Assembly: GCA_023396095.1 (NCBI GenBank)
Contig: JAEWXG010000012.1
Span: forward strand, 189,365-253,364
DNA length: 64,000 nucleotides
Source of the DNA: Bacillota bacterium
Lineage (GTDB): Bacteria > Bacillota > Clostridia > Christensenellales > UBA3700
Direction: 5' to 3'
The position numbers were made by a program, and so were the translations under genes. The notes under the pieces were generated by a model that saw only the letters and a program-made list of their open reading frames with translations, was not told where the DNA came from and did no database searches. Positions 17,745 to 29,016 of this stretch are shown here, piece by piece; position 1 is the stretch's first letter; each line of letters starts with the position of its first letter.

Positions 17745-18611
17745 TTACCCTTCAATAAATCTTTTTATTAACTCAAGCAATCTTTGATCATACCCTTGAA
17801 AAGGAATTATTTGCGAATAATCCAAGAAAACAATTGTAAAAAATGCAATTATTATTATGCTTGCAACAATCTCTCTATATGTAATCTTCTGTACTTTCAT
17901 TTTTGTTCTATTTGGTGTTGCACTATAACATCTTGCATCTAAAGCATCCGCTAAATCATCGGCCTTTCTAAACGCATTAACAAATAACGGTATTAACACC
18001 GGAATATATGCTTTCGCTCTTTTATGCAATGGGCCATTGTCAAAACTTGCCCCTCTTGCTTTTTGTGCCATTATTATTTTGTCGGTTTCATCAATAAAAC
18101 TAGGAACAAATCTAAGAGCTAACGACATAATTATGGCAAAATCATGCACTGGCACCTTTAAAATTTTTAAAGGTGAAAGCAACGATTCTATTGCATCTGT
18201 TAATTCTGTTGGTGTTGTAGTTAAAGTTAAAACTGATGTCCCTACAACAAGCAAAATTAGTCTAATCACCATAAATATAGCATTTCGAATTCCTTCTAAT
18301 GTCACTTTTATATATTTCCCAGCCTGTAACAACATATACCCTCCAGAATTAGAAAAGAAAACATTTAAAATTAAAGCAAAAATTGCCAAAAATAATATTG
18401 GCTTCAAACTTTTCAATATTGTTCTCATAGGTAATCTACCTACCAAAACCATTAAAATATTAAATACTATCAAGACAGCAAATGATGAAAAAGATTTTGC
18501 AAAAAATACCCCAACCATATAGAAAAGTGAGAATATTATTTTTACTCTTGCATCCAACTTGTGTATCGGAGAATTTCCCGGATAATATTGTCCAAACGTA
18601 ATATCTCTCAC
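17745..18611 (-). CDS. ecfT: ECF transporter transmembrane component
   Basis: A polytopic protein with ARG..F signature regions (AQKARGASF). GTG start overlaps the ecfA2 stop (TAGTG). Confidence 0.85.
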   Translation of the reverse strand: MRDITFGQYYPGNSPIHKLDARVKIIFSLFYMVGVFFAKSFSSFAVLIVFNILMVLVGRLPMRTILKSLKPILFLAIFALILNVFFSNSGGYMLLQAGKYIKVTLEGIRNAIFMVIRLILLVVGTSVLTLTTTPTELTDAIESLLSPLKILKVPVHDFAIIMSLALRFVPSFIDETDKIIMAQKARGASFDNGPLHKRAKAYIPVLIPLFVNAFRKADDLADALDARCYSATPNRTKMKVQKITYREIVASIIIIAFFTIVFLDYSQIIPFQGYDQRLLELIKRFIEG

Positions 18612-19468
18612 TACTTTATCCTCTCACTAATTTTTTCTTTAATAGCATTTATTAATTCATCCTTTTTGATTATAAAAGGAAGATCATATCCCTTTTCAAC
18701 TATTGCATTGCGTATTTTTACCGTTTCCGGAATATCTAATCCCATCTCTTGCAAGGCAGTTTCATTTTGAAACAATTCTTGCGGTGGTATATCAAACACA
18801 ATTTTCCCATCATTTAAAACTACTATCCTATTTGCATATTCTACTATTTCATCAATGTCATGCGAAATAACAATTACTGTATCTAACGATTTATTTTGTA
18901 GAGACTTTATTAAGTTCATTATTTCTTTTTTGCCTAACGGATCTAATCCTGCTGTCGGCTCGTCCAAAATTAGAATTTTAGGTGACATGGACAAAACGCC
19001 AGCTATAGCAACTCTTCTTTTTTCTCCGCCTGATAATTCAAATGGCTCCCTATTTGCATATTTGTCATAATCTAATCCCACAGACTCTAGTGAATTTCTA
19101 ACTCTATTATCTATTTCTTCCTTACTTAGTCCTAAATTTTTAGGTCCAAATGCAACATCTTTTGCAACGGTTTCATCAAATAACTGATTTTCCGGATATT
19201 GAAAAACCATTCCTATTTCACTTCTTATTTTCTTTAAATCAACTTTCTTTTGAGTAATATCTATTCCGTTTATCAATATCTTACCTTCTTGAACTTTTAT
19301 TAAAACATTCAAATGCTGAATTAAAGTACTTTTCCCGGAACCAGTATGCCCAACTATTCCTAAAAAGTCACCATCATTAATAGTTAAATTAATGTTATCT
19401 AGAGCCTTCCTCTCATATGGAGTCTTTTTGCTGTATGTATATGTTAAATTTTCTATAACAATCGGCAT
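18611..19468 (-). CDS. ecfA2: ECF transporter ATPase A2
   Basis: Walker A GHTGSGKST, signature LSGGEKRR, Walker B ILILDEPT. Confidence 0.88.
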   Translation of the reverse strand: MPIVIENLTYTYSKKTPYERKALDNINLTINDGDFLGIVGHTGSGKSTLIQHLNVLIKVQEGKILINGIDITQKKVDLKKIRSEIGMVFQYPENQLFDETVAKDVAFGPKNLGLSKEEIDNRVRNSLESVGLDYDKYANREPFELSGGEKRRVAIAGVLSMSPKILILDEPTAGLDPLGKKEIMNLIKSLQNKSLDTVIVISHDIDEIVEYANRIVVLNDGKIVFDIPPQELFQNETALQEMGLDIPETVKIRNAIVEKGYDLPFIIKKDELINAIKEKISERIK

Positions 19469-20292
19469 ATTTCCTCCACGAACTCTTCTCTTGTTTTTAA
19501 TTTGTTGTCTAGCTTTAACCCATCATCGATTAACCTATTGTTAATTTCCGAAATAATTGGGAAAGTCAAATTTATTTCTTCAAGTTTCTTATAATCTTTA
19601 AAGACTTCAGACGGAGTTCCCTCTTTAAAAATTCGACCTCTATTCATAACAATCAAATGATCTGCGTCTAATGTCTCATCCATATAATGTGTAATTAACA
19701 CAACTGTGATTCCTTCTTTGTTTAACTTCTTAACAACTTCTAAAACCTCTTTACGGCCTCTCGGATCTAGCATTGCAGTAGATTCATCTAAAACCAATAT
19801 TGATGGTTTCATAGCTAATACACCAGCAATTGCTATTCTTTGCTTTTGTCCCCCACTTAACTTAAATGGTGTTCTTTTTCTATATTCCAACATGCCAACA
19901 GAAGAAAGGGCCCATTCAACTCTTTCAATAATTTCCTCTCTAGGCACACCTAAATTTTCAGGGCCGAATGCTATGTCATCTTCTATTATTGAAGCAACTA
20001 ACTGATTATCTGGATTTTGAAAAATCATTCCTACATTACTGCGAATTTTATAAATATTTTTGATATTTTTAGTATTTTCTCCAAAAATTTCTACGTCTCC
20101 ACTTTTAGGAAGAATCAATCCATTAAACAATTTCGCCAGCGTGCTTTTCCCGGAACCGTTATGACCTATAATACAAGCAAACTCTCCTTTGAAAATATTA
20201 AAATTGATATTTTCAATAGCGATATTTTGATTTTTGCTCGTGCCATAATAAAATGAAACGTCTTTTAACGAAATTGCTATTTCTCTTTCCAT
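19453..20292 (-). CDS. ecfA1: ECF transporter ATPase A1
   Basis: Walker A GHNGSGKST, LSGGQKQR, ILVLDEST. Confidence 0.88.
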   Translation of the reverse strand: MEREIAISLKDVSFYYGTSKNQNIAIENINFNIFKGEFACIIGHNGSGKSTLAKLFNGLILPKSGDVEIFGENTKNIKNIYKIRSNVGMIFQNPDNQLVASIIEDDIAFGPENLGVPREEIIERVEWALSSVGMLEYRKRTPFKLSGGQKQRIAIAGVLAMKPSILVLDESTAMLDPRGRKEVLEVVKKLNKEGITVVLITHYMDETLDADHLIVMNRGRIFKEGTPSEVFKDYKKLEEINLTFPIISEINNRLIDDGLKLDNKLKTREEFVEEICRLL

Positions 20293-20391
20293 ATGAGTGC
20301 ATTATATCACATTGTAATCTTTCCTCTCAATTATATCGTGACTTTAACATTTTATATAACACTATTACCGCCTTTTTTAATTGTCTAAAAA

Positions 20392-20420
20392 TTGACTATT
20401 GTATGCTGGATATATATAAT
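20392..20420 (+). promoter_or_regulatory. Sigma-A-type promoter for the PFOR gene
   Basis: TTGACT (20392..20397), a 17-nt spacer, then TATAAT (20415..20420), about 100 nt upstream of the ATG. Confidence 0.45.
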
Positions 20421-20519
20421 ATAGTGAGTTAAATATTATAATTATTTTATTTTAAATATTATGGTAATAATAAAATTTAGAAACGAATATATAATTAAGT
20501 TTTTCGGAGGTATTTATTT

Positions 20520-23500
20520 ATGGGAAACAAAATAACCATTGATGGTAATTTTGCCGCGGCTCATGTTGCTTATGCTTTAAGTGAAGTTGCAGCTATCTAT
20601 CCAATCACTCCTTCTTCTCCTATGGCAGAAAACGCAGATGATTGGGCAAGTTTAGGCAAAACTAATATTTTTAATGAACCATTGCATATTGCAGAAATGC
20701 AATCAGAAGCAGGTGCTGCTGGCGCAGTTCACGGATCATTGTCTGCTGGAGCTTTGACAACCACATTTACAGCAAGCCAAGGCTTACTATTAATGATTCC
20801 TAATATGTATAAAATCGCAGGTGAACTTCTACCTTGCGTTTTCCACGTAAGTGCTCGTGCTCTAGCATATCATGCACTAAGCATCTTTGGTGATCATTCA
20901 GATGTAATGGCTTGTAGACAAACAGGTTTTGCCATGTTGGCTTCAAACTCTGTTCAAGAAGTTATGGATTTAGCATTAGTTTCTCATCTTTCTACTTTGA
21001 GAGCCAAGGTTCCTTTCTTGCATTTCTTTGATGGATTTAGAACTTCTCACGAAGTTTCAAAAATTGAAGCAATTGATTATGCTGACATTAGAAAAATTGT
21101 TTACGACACTAAAATTATTGATGATATTAAGGCTTTTAAAGCAGGCGCTTTAAATCCAGACCATCCAATGCAAAAAGGTACAGCTCAAAACCCAGACATT
21201 TATTTCCAAAACAGAGAAGCTGCTAACTCGTTCTACCAATCAATCCCAGAGGTTGTTGAAAACATGATGAGCGAGGTTGCTAAAGTAACTGGCAGAAAAT
21301 ATTCTTTATTTGATTACTATGGCGCAAAAGATGCTACTAAAGTAATAGTAATGATGGGTAGCGGCGCTGAAGCAACTGAAGAAACAATTGATTACTTATT
21401 AGACAAAGGAGAAAAAGTTGGTTTAATTAAAGTTAGACTATATCGTCCTTTCGCTATAAATAAATTTGTTGAAAAAATACCTTCTTCTTGTAAATATATA
21501 ACTGTTCTTGATAGAACAAAAGAATCTGGTTCTCTAGGCGAACCTTTATACCTAGATGTGGTTTCAGCTTTAGTTGAAGCAGGAATCTCCAACATTAAGG
21601 TTCTTGGCGGAAGATATGGATTAGGTTCAAAAGAATTTACTCCTAGTATGATTAAAGCCGTATATGACAATATGACAACAAATGGGAAAAACCACTTTAC
21701 TGTAGGCATTAACGATGATGTAACAAACACATCTCTTACCATCACAGAAAAGGTCGATTCCTCTCCTAAAGATGCTATTAGATGCAAGTTCTATGGTCTT
21801 GGATCAGATGGAACTGTTGGCGCAAATAAAAACAGTATTAAAATTATTGGTAACTATACAGAAAAATATGCACAAGGCTATTTTGCATATGACTCAAAGA
21901 AATCAGGCGGATTTACTGTTTCTCACTTAAGATTCGGTGATACTCCTATTAAGAGTTCTTACTTAATTGATACTGCTGATTTTATAGCTTGTCATAACCC
22001 ATCTTATGTAACAAGATACAATATGACTAATGATTTGAAAAATGGCGGAACATTCTTACTTAACTGCCCTTGGTCAACTGTTGAAGATTTGGATAATAAA
22101 CTTCCAGCATCTTTAAAAAGAGATATCGCGAAAAAGAATATTAAATTCTATGTAATTGATGCTCTTTCTATAGCTTCAGAAGTTGGACTAGGAAATAGAG
22201 TTTCTACTGTTCTACAAGCTGCATTCTTCAAATTAGCAAATGTTATGGATTATGCTGTAGCAGAAAAGCACATGAAAGAAATGGTTGTGAAAACATTCTC
22301 TAAAAAGGGTGAAAAAGTTGTTAACAGCAATATTGCAGCCATTGACAATGCAATTGCTGGCTTAAAATTAATCACATATCCAGAATCTTGGAAAACTGCT
22401 ACTACTGGCGCTGAAATTAAATCAACCATTACAGATCCTGTATTTAATAACTTTATACAACCTATCTTGGCTCAAGAAGGAGATTCTCTTCCTGTTTCTG
22501 CATTCAATCCATCCGGAATTGTTCCTACTGCAACAACAAGATTTGAAAAGCGTGGCGTTGCTCCTTTCGTTCCTGAATGGCAAATGGAAAATTGTATACA
22601 ATGTAACCAATGTTCTTTTGTTTGTCCTCACGCAGCGATTAGGCCAGTATTACAAAAAACAGACTTATTAAATAATAAGCCTGCGACATTCGAAACAAAA
22701 GATGCTATTGGATATAAAGAATATCAATATAGAATACAAGTTAGCCCACTTGATTGTGTAGGCTGCGGAAGCTGTGCTAACGTTTGCCCTTCTCCAAAAG
22801 GAAAAGCTTTAATAATGAAACCTTTTGACTATATGGTAGAAAAACAAAAAGCAAACTGGGAATATTTCTCTACACTTCCTGCTACTGATGCTCCTATTAA
22901 GAAGGATACTGTAAAGGGAAGCCAATTTGCTATGCCTTACTTTGAATTCTCTGGTGCTTGTCCAGGTTGTGGAGAAACTCCTTATATAAAAGTCATCTCT
23001 CAATTATTTGGAGATAGGATGGTTATAGCAAACGCTACTGGATGTTCTTCAATCTATGGCGGATCAGCTCCAACTTGTCCATACACTATTGATTCAAAAG
23101 GCCACGGTCCTGCATGGGCTAATAGCTTATTTGAAGACAATGCGGAATTTGGATATGGTATTAATTTAGCATACACAAAGAGAAGAAATTCATTAAAGAA
23201 CTTTGCTCAAATTATTGCTAATAACTCATCAAGCGAAAAAGCAAAAGAATTATTTGCAAAATGGTTAGAAACTTATAAAAATGCTGATTTGAATACTAAC
23301 ATATCAAATGAAATTAAAGAGAACCTAACATCATTTATTAAAGATGAGCAATCAGAAGAAGCAAAAAATGCTTTATTGACTATACAATCTGAACAAGATG
23401 TATTAATCAAAAAGTCTATTTGGATTATAGGTGGTGATGGATGGGCTTATGACATTGGATATGGTGGTCTAGATCACGTTCTTGCTATGGGCGAAGATGT

Positions 23501-24068
23501 TAATGTTCTTGTTTTAGATACTGAAGTTTACTCAAATACAGGTGGTCAAGCGTCTAAATCTTCTCCTACTGGTGCTATTGCTAAATTTGCAGCTGCAGGT
23601 AAAAAGACAAAGAAAAAAGATTTAGGAAGAATGGCAATGTCGTATGGATATATTTATGTCGCTCAATGCGCTATGGGTTCTTCACAATCACAATTTGTTT
23701 CAGCCATTAAAGAAGCCGAGGCATATGATGGTCCATCATTAATTATTGCATATGCTCCATGTATTAACCATGGTATTAATATGGGTAAATCTCAAGATGT
23801 TTCAAAGAAAGCAGTTGAAGCTGGCTACTGGCAATTATATAGATTTAATCCTTCACTAGCAGATGAGGGCAAAAACCCATTCAAGCTTGACAGTAAACAA
23901 CCTAATTATGAAATCTATCAAGAGCATTTACTTTCAGAAAACAGATATGCTCAATTAATGAAAGCAAAACCAGAAACTGCTACTGAATTATTCGCAAAGA
24001 ACCAAAAAGACGCAGAAGAAAAATATACATATTATTCAATCTTGAACAATTTAGATCAAGAAAAATAA
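20520..24068 (+). CDS. nifJ: Pyruvate:ferredoxin (flavodoxin) oxidoreductase, single-chain
   Basis: 1182 aa. Two ferredoxin-type clusters (CIQCNQCSFVCPH, CVGCGSCANVCP) and the TPP-binding region GGDGWAYDIGYGGLDH. Confidence 0.96.
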   Translation: MGNKITIDGNFAAAHVAYALSEVAAIYPITPSSPMAENADDWASLGKTNIFNEPLHIAEMQSEAGAAGAVHGSLSAGALTTTFTASQGLLLMIPNMYKIAGELLPCVFHVSARALAYHALSIFGDHSDVMACRQTGFAMLASNSVQEVMDLALVSHLSTLRAKVPFLHFFDGFRTSHEVSKIEAIDYADIRKIVYDTKIIDDIKAFKAGALNPDHPMQKGTAQNPDIYFQNREAANSFYQSIPEVVENMMSEVAKVTGRKYSLFDYYGAKDATKVIVMMGSGAEATEETIDYLLDKGEKVGLIKVRLYRPFAINKFVEKIPSSCKYITVLDRTKESGSLGEPLYLDVVSALVEAGISNIKVLGGRYGLGSKEFTPSMIKAVYDNMTTNGKNHFTVGINDDVTNTSLTITEKVDSSPKDAIRCKFYGLGSDGTVGANKNSIKIIGNYTEKYAQGYFAYDSKKSGGFTVSHLRFGDTPIKSSYLIDTADFIACHNPSYVTRYNMTNDLKNGGTFLLNCPWSTVEDLDNKLPASLKRDIAKKNIKFYVIDALSIASEVGLGNRVSTVLQAAFFKLANVMDYAVAEKHMKEMVVKTFSKKGEKVVNSNIAAIDNAIAGLKLITYPESWKTATTGAEIKSTITDPVFNNFIQPILAQEGDSLPVSAFNPSGIVPTATTRFEKRGVAPFVPEWQMENCIQCNQCSFVCPHAAIRPVLQKTDLLNNKPATFETKDAIGYKEYQYRIQVSPLDCVGCGSCANVCPSPKGKALIMKPFDYMVEKQKANWEYFSTLPATDAPIKKDTVKGSQFAMPYFEFSGACPGCGETPYIKVISQLFGDRMVIANATGCSSIYGGSAPTCPYTIDSKGHGPAWANSLFEDNAEFGYGINLAYTKRRNSLKNFAQIIANNSSSEKAKELFAKWLETYKNADLNTNISNEIKENLTSFIKDEQSEEAKNALLTIQSEQDVLIKKSIWIIGGDGWAYDIGYGGLDHVLAMGEDVNVLVLDTEVYSNTGGQASKSSPTGAIAKFAAAGKKTKKKDLGRMAMSYGYIYVAQCAMGSSQSQFVSAIKEAEAYDGPSLIIAYAPCINHGINMGKSQDVSKKAVEAGYWQLYRFNPSLADEGKNPFKLDSKQPNYEIYQEHLLSENRYAQLMKAKPETATELFAKNQKDAEEKYTYYSILNNLDQEK

Positions 24069-24093
24069 TGAAAATATCAATTCAATAAAAAAA

Positions 24094-24121
24094 AGACGAT
24101 TTTAATGATCGTCTTTTTTTA
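24094..24121. terminator. Bidirectional terminator between convergent nifJ and ispE
   Basis: AGACGAT (24094..24100) pairs with ATCGTCT (24108..24114). It has an A8 run before and a T7 run after. Confidence 0.7.
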
Positions 24122-24919
24122 TACATACAAATGTGTTTTTATTACCCTTTTGAATCTTTTCTTTGTGATTTTCAACTTTTTATGTGTTATCTTATCTAGA
24201 ACTATTATTGCACTTCCAGAGCCTGTCATAATAAACTCCTTAAAATTTTTTTTGCACCATTCATAATCTTGTTTAAAATCTTTTGAATATTCCATAGCTG
24301 TGTTGGTTAATGCATTGCCTATCAAGGAATTGTTTTTTATAAAATTTTTTGTGTATTGAGTTATTATCGGTTTTTTATCATATTCTTTGAATATATTTCT
24401 TGTACTAAATTTTATATCATTACACAAAACATATATATTATTGTATTTTTTATTTAACTCCAAAAATTCAATTTTCTCATCTTCCCCGAAAACTCTTAAG
24501 TTTTTATTATAGTACATTGGCAAGATGTCATTACCTATAGCCTTTATGTCCATAAACAATTTATCCACTTCTACACCATAATTTTTTTCTAAAAACCTAA
24601 GCATACAAGCCGCATCAGCTGATGAACTCCCAAGCCCAGCACAAGATGGTATTTTTGACTTTACCTTTACAATAAAAAATGGCAATGCTTTTAGAGTTCT
24701 TGCCAATTTTAAAAGTTTTTCTATATTTGTATTCTCGCTCACTACTCCATCTAAATAAACTATATCTTTATCTAAACTACTTTTCTTAACACGAATTTTA
24801 TTTGATAGTTTAATGGGCAAAATTGTCATATCAAGCTCATGTTTTTTTTCCTGCTTAGAAATAACATCCAAGGAAAGATTAATTTTCGCATTAGCTGATA
24901 ATCTAATATTTTTACTCAT
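24119..24919 (-). CDS. ispE: 4-diphosphocytidyl-2-C-methyl-D-erythritol kinase (GHMP kinase)
   Basis: ANAKINLSLDV... and the GHMP motif IPSCAGLGSSSADAA. The true start is most likely MSKNIRL at 24919, in an ATGAGTAA overlap with the upstream gene. The track N-terminus MMKMRMM... is the acidic tail of the upstream gene read in another frame. Confidence 0.8.
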   Translation of the reverse strand: MSKNIRLSANAKINLSLDVISKQEKKHELDMTILPIKLSNKIRVKKSSLDKDIVYLDGVVSENTNIEKLLKLARTLKALPFFIVKVKSKIPSCAGLGSSSADAACMLRFLEKNYGVEVDKLFMDIKAIGNDILPMYYNKNLRVFGEDEKIEFLELNKKYNNIYVLCNDIKFSTRNIFKEYDKKPIITQYTKNFIKNNSLIGNALTNTAMEYSKDFKQDYEWCKKNFKEFIMTGSGSAIIVLDKITHKKLKITKKRFKRVIKTHLYV

Positions 24920-25358
24920 CGTCCTCATCTTCATCTTCATCGCCATCTTCATCAGAATCGTCTGACTCGTCATCATCCTCATCTTCATCATAATCTTCTA
25001 GCGAACGTTTTCTTGAATAGTTGTATGAAATGATATCTTCTTCATCGTCTTCATCCTCATCTTCAATATCAGACATGGCAACATATGGTATTTCAGATGT
25101 ATCGCGATCATCTCTTTTGTAGATCTCAAAACTTGCTTTGTCTAATTTCTTTTGTTCGATATAACAAGCATTACACATTTCTTGTCCTTCTTTAATTTCA
25201 TTTTCTCCACATATTGGACAAACAGTATAATCATCATCATCGGATAAGAGATCTAATTCTATACCTCCGTCTAACCCTAATTCAGCCTTACATACCTTAC
25301 AATAGTCTTCGTCTTCTTTAATCCAATTAATTTCACATCTAGGACACAATTTTAACAT
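24912..25358 (-). CDS. Uncharacterised double zinc-ribbon protein with a poly-acidic C-terminal tail
   Basis: CPRC-x13-CKVC and CPIC-x11-CNAC, followed by about 60 residues dominated by D/E (DEDEDDDESDDSDEDGDEDEDEDDE*). The probable start is MLKLCPRCE (25358), with GGAG upstream. Confidence 0.6.
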   Translation of the reverse strand: MLKLCPRCEINWIKEDEDYCKVCKAELGLDGGIELDLLSDDDDYTVCPICGENEIKEGQEMCNACYIEQKKLDKASFEIYKRDDRDTSEIPYVAMSDIEDEDEDDEEDIISYNYSRKRSLEDYDEDEDDDESDDSDEDGDEDEDEDDE

Positions 25359-25390
25359 AGTAAATATCTCCATCCGTTTTAATCTATTGT

Positions 25391-25419
25391 ATTATATTAA
25401 TAATAGTATCTAATGTCAA
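25391..25419 (-). promoter_or_regulatory. Consensus sigma-A promoter for the zinc-ribbon/ispE operon
   Basis: On the minus strand, TTGACA (25419..25414), a 17-nt spacer, then TATAAT (25396..25391). Confidence 0.55.
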
Positions 25420-25561
25420 TTATTGATTTTAAACAACTTAAACTATCTCAATATATGAAGGTTATACTTTTATTAATTAGGTGTACAGAATTTTATTCTT
25501 AAACTTAAATAATACAATAAAACTGGAAAATTGAGATCATCTTTTTTATAAAAATTTAAAC

Positions 25562-25605
25562 AAAAAAAAGAACTTGGACATAACATCCAAGCTCTTATTT
25601 TTTCA
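25562..25605 (-). terminator. Terminator after tuf
   Basis: CTTGGA (25573..25578) pairs with TCCAAG (25586..25591). It is flanked by an A8 run and a T-run. Confidence 0.6.
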
Positions 25606-25620
25606 TAGTCGATCTGCTAA

Positions 25621-26823
25621 TTACTTAATAATTTTAGCAACAACACCAGAACCAACTGTTCTTCCACCTTCACGGATAGCAAAACGTAATCCTTCTTCAA
25701 TAGCAATTGGAGTGATTAAGTCAATTTCCATGTCAATGTGGTCACCAGGCATAACCATTTCTGTTCCTTTTGGTAACTTAATAGTTCCTGTAACGTCAGT
25801 TGTTCTAAAATAGAATTGTGGTCTATATCCATCAAAGAATGGAGTATGACGTCCACCTTCTTCTTGCTTCAAAACGTATACTTGTGCAGAGAAGTTAGTA
25901 TGTGGGTTAATTGAACCTGGTTTTGCAAGAACTTGTCCTCTTTCGATATCAGCTCTTTGAACGCCTCTTAACAATACACCAACATTATCTCCAGCAAATG
26001 CTTCATCTAACATTTTTCTGAACATTTCGATACCAGTAACAACTGTTTCACTAATTGGCTTAATTCCAACGATTTGTACTTTATCTTGGATCTTTAAGCT
26101 TCCTCTTTCTACTCTACCTGTTGCAACGGTTCCACGACCTGTGATTGTGAAAACGTCTTCTACTGGCATTAAGAAAGGCTTATCAGTATCTCTTACTGGA
26201 TCTGGGATATATTTATCAACAACATCTAGCAATTCTTGAATTGGAGCACAAGCAGGATCGTTTGGCTTATCAGCAGTTAGTGCTTCTAAAGCCTTTAAAG
26301 CTGAACCTCTAACGATTGGAGTATCATCTCCTGGGAATTCATACTCAGAAAGTCTGTCTCTGATTTCCATTTCTACTAATTCTAATAATTCAGGATCATC
26401 AACTTGATCTGTTTTATTCATAAATACAACAATGTATGGAACACCTACTTGACGAGCAAGCAAGATGTGCTCTCTAGTTTGAGGCATTGGTCCATCAGTT
26501 GCAGCAACAACAAGGATTGCTCCGTCCATTTGTGCAGCACCTGTAATCATGTTCTTAACATAGTCTGCGTGTCCTGGGCAATCAACGTGAGCGTAGTGAC
26601 GCTTTTCTGTCTCATATTCAACGTGTGATGTATTGATTGTAATTCCTCTTGCCTTCTCTTCTGGGGCTTTATCAATTTCATCATATCTCATTTTCTTTCC
26701 AAATCCTTTACTTGCACTATACATAGTGATAGCAGCAGTTAAAGTAGTCTTACCATGGTCAACGTGTCCAATGGTTCCAATGTTAACGTGTGGTTTTTTT
26801 CTTTCAAATTTTTCCTTTGCCAT
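25621..26823 (-). CDS. tuf: Elongation factor Tu
   Basis: [21 protein letters not shown]; 400 aa. Confidence 0.98.
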   Translation of the reverse strand: MAKEKFERKKPHVNIGTIGHVDHGKTTLTAAITMYSASKGFGKKMRYDEIDKAPEEKARGITINTSHVEYETEKRHYAHVDCPGHADYVKNMITGAAQMDGAILVVAATDGPMPQTREHILLARQVGVPYIVVFMNKTDQVDDPELLELVEMEIRDRLSEYEFPGDDTPIVRGSALKALEALTADKPNDPACAPIQELLDVVDKYIPDPVRDTDKPFLMPVEDVFTITGRGTVATGRVERGSLKIQDKVQIVGIKPISETVVTGIEMFRKMLDEAFAGDNVGVLLRGVQRADIERGQVLAKPGSINPHTNFSAQVYVLKQEEGGRHTPFFDGYRPQFYFRTTDVTGTIKLPKGTEMVMPGDHIDMEIDLITPIAIEEGLRFAIREGGRTVGSGVVAKIIK

Positions 26824-26876
26824 TATTATGTTCCTCCTAACTAATAATTAATTATATCATAGTTTTATTTCTTTTG

Positions 26877-28955
26877 TTATTTTTTGCTTCTTTCCCCAAC
26901 AATCTTTTCAGAAATTGTTTTTGGCACTTCAGCATAATGATCAAATTGCATTGTAAAATTTCCTCTTCCTTGTGTTACAGAACGCAAAGTTGTTGCATAA
27001 CCGAACATTTCAGATAATGGAACATCACTATCTACAACTTGAATACCATTTCTATTTTCCATTTGCTTAATTGAACCTCTTCTTGAGTTCAAAGTTCCCA
27101 TAACATCTCCTAAATAATCATCAGATGTTGTAACTTCTACAGCCATAATTGGTTCAAGCAATACAGGATCAGCCTTTCTTGCAGCTTCTTTTAAAGCCAT
27201 AGAACCTGCTATCTTGAATGCCATTTCTGAAGAGTCAACTTCATGATATGAACCATCTATAATATCAACATGGAAATCAACTAATTCATATCCAGCAATA
27301 ACTCCACCTTGTGCAGCCTCTCTAATTCCAGCCATAACAGCAGGGATATATTCTTTTGGAATTGCTCCGCCGACTGTTTTGTCTTCAATAACAATTCCTT
27401 TACCAACTTCTGATGGTTTAAGAATAATTTTACAATCACCATATTGTCCCTTACCACCGCTTTGACGAACAAATTTACCTTGTTGCTCAACTTCTTTCTT
27501 AATTGTTTCTCTATAAGCAACTTGAGGAGCACCGACATTAGCTTCAACCTTAAATTCTCTTAATAGTCTATCTACAATGATATCTAAGTGCAATTCACCC
27601 ATACCAGCGATAATTGTTTGTCCTGTTTCTTGGTCTGTATAAGCCTTGAATGTAGGATCTTCTTCTGCCAATTTTTGAAGAGCTAATCCCATCTTTTCTT
27701 GTCCAGCTTTAGTTTTTGGCTCAATAGCAACTCTAATAACCGGCTCTGGAAATTCCATGCTCTCTAAAATTATTTCAGATTTCATATCACATAATGTTTC
27801 ACCTGTTGAAGTTTCTTTTAGCCCAACAAGTGCAACTATATCCCCTGCGCGTGCTTCATCTAATTCTTGTCTTGAATTAGAGTGCATTCTCACGATACGG
27901 CTAATTCTCTCTTTTTTACCTTTTGTTGAGTTAACAACAGTATCACCACTCTTTACTACACCGCTATAAACTCTAAAATATGCAAGTTTCCCAATAAATG
28001 GATCGGCTGCAATTTTAAATACCAACCCAGCAAATGGTTCTTCGTCTGAATTTTGCCTTTCAATATTATTCCCTTTTTCGTCTACTCCCTTTACTGCTGG
28101 TATATCCACTGGTGATGGCAAATAATCAACAATTGCATCTAGCAATAATTGAACGCCCTTATTTCTATACGAACTTCCACACAACACTGGTGTAATCTTC
28201 ATATCAATAACAGCTTTTCTCAGAACCTTTTTAATTTCATCAACTGAAATTTCTTCTCCAGCAAAGAATTTTTCCATTATTGCATCATCACATTCTGCAA
28301 TTGCTTCAATTAATGCTTCTCTTGCTGAAGCAACGGCATCTTTATATTCTACCGGAACTTCGATAGTATCAAATTGCTTTCCTTCTTTATCCTTGTTGTA
28401 AATAAATGCTTTTTGTTCAATAATGTCTATTATTCCAATAAAATTTTCTTCTTTACCAACAGGCAAAGCTATAGGAATTGCATTCGTTTTTAGACGTGTG
28501 CGCATCATTTCTATAGCGTTTTCATAGTTAGCCCCTACAATATCCATTTTATTAACAAATGCAATCCTAGGAACTCTATATTTAGTTGCTTGATGCCATA
28601 CTGTTTCTGATTGAGGTTCAACACCACCTTTTGCACAAAATAACGCAACAGCACCATCTAGAATTCTTAAACTTCTCTCAACCTCAACTGTAAAGTCAAC
28701 GTGTCCAGGAGTATCAATTAAATTAATTCTATGATCTCTCCATTGAGTACTTGTAGCTGCAGATGTAATTGTTATACCTCTTTCTTGCTCTTGTACCATC
28801 CAGTCCATTGTTGCTGAACCATCGTGAGTTTCACCTATCTTATAAACTTTACCAGAATAAAATAAGATTCTTTCACTAGTAGTTGTTTTTCCAGCATCAA
28901 TATGTGCCATGATACCTATATTTCTAGTTTTTGATATTTCAAACTCTCTTGGCAT
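26877..28955 (-). CDS. fusA: Elongation factor G
   Basis: [21 protein letters not shown]. The true start is [14 protein letters not shown] (ATG 28955, with GGAGGA upstream); the track start is a TTG. Confidence 0.98.
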   Translation of the reverse strand: MPREFEISKTRNIGIMAHIDAGKTTTSERILFYSGKVYKIGETHDGSATMDWMVQEQERGITITSAATSTQWRDHRINLIDTPGHVDFTVEVERSLRILDGAVALFCAKGGVEPQSETVWHQATKYRVPRIAFVNKMDIVGANYENAIEMMRTRLKTNAIPIALPVGKEENFIGIIDIIEQKAFIYNKDKEGKQFDTIEVPVEYKDAVASAREALIEAIAECDDAIMEKFFAGEEISVDEIKKVLRKAVIDMKITPVLCGSSYRNKGVQLLLDAIVDYLPSPVDIPAVKGVDEKGNNIERQNSDEEPFAGLVFKIAADPFIGKLAYFRVYSGVVKSGDTVVNSTKGKKERISRIVRMHSNSRQELDEARAGDIVALVGLKETSTGETLCDMKSEIILESMEFPEPVIRVAIEPKTKAGQEKMGLALQKLAEEDPTFKAYTDQETGQTIIAGMGELHLDIIVDRLLREFKVEANVGAPQVAYRETIKKEVEQQGKFVRQSGGKGQYGDCKIILKPSEVGKGIVIEDKTVGGAIPKEYIPAVMAGIREAAQGGVIAGYELVDFHVDIIDGSYHEVDSSEMAFKIAGSMALKEAARKADPVLLEPIMAVEVTTSDDYLGDVMGTLNSRRGSIKQMENRNGIQVVDSDVPLSEMFGYATTLRSVTQGRGNFTMQFDHYAEVPKTISEKIVGERSKK

Positions 28956-29016
28956 TTTTTCCTCCAAAAATATCCATCAAATCAACAATATATTTATTAT
29001 GTTTATATTATTGTTA

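Noticed and set aside
24920-24991. N-terminal extension MMKMRMMTSQTILMKMAMKMKMRT on the ispE ORF.
   Set aside because: It is the GAN-repeat DNA of the upstream gene's poly-acidic tail read in another frame. The IspE homology starts at MSKNIRLSANAKINL (24919).
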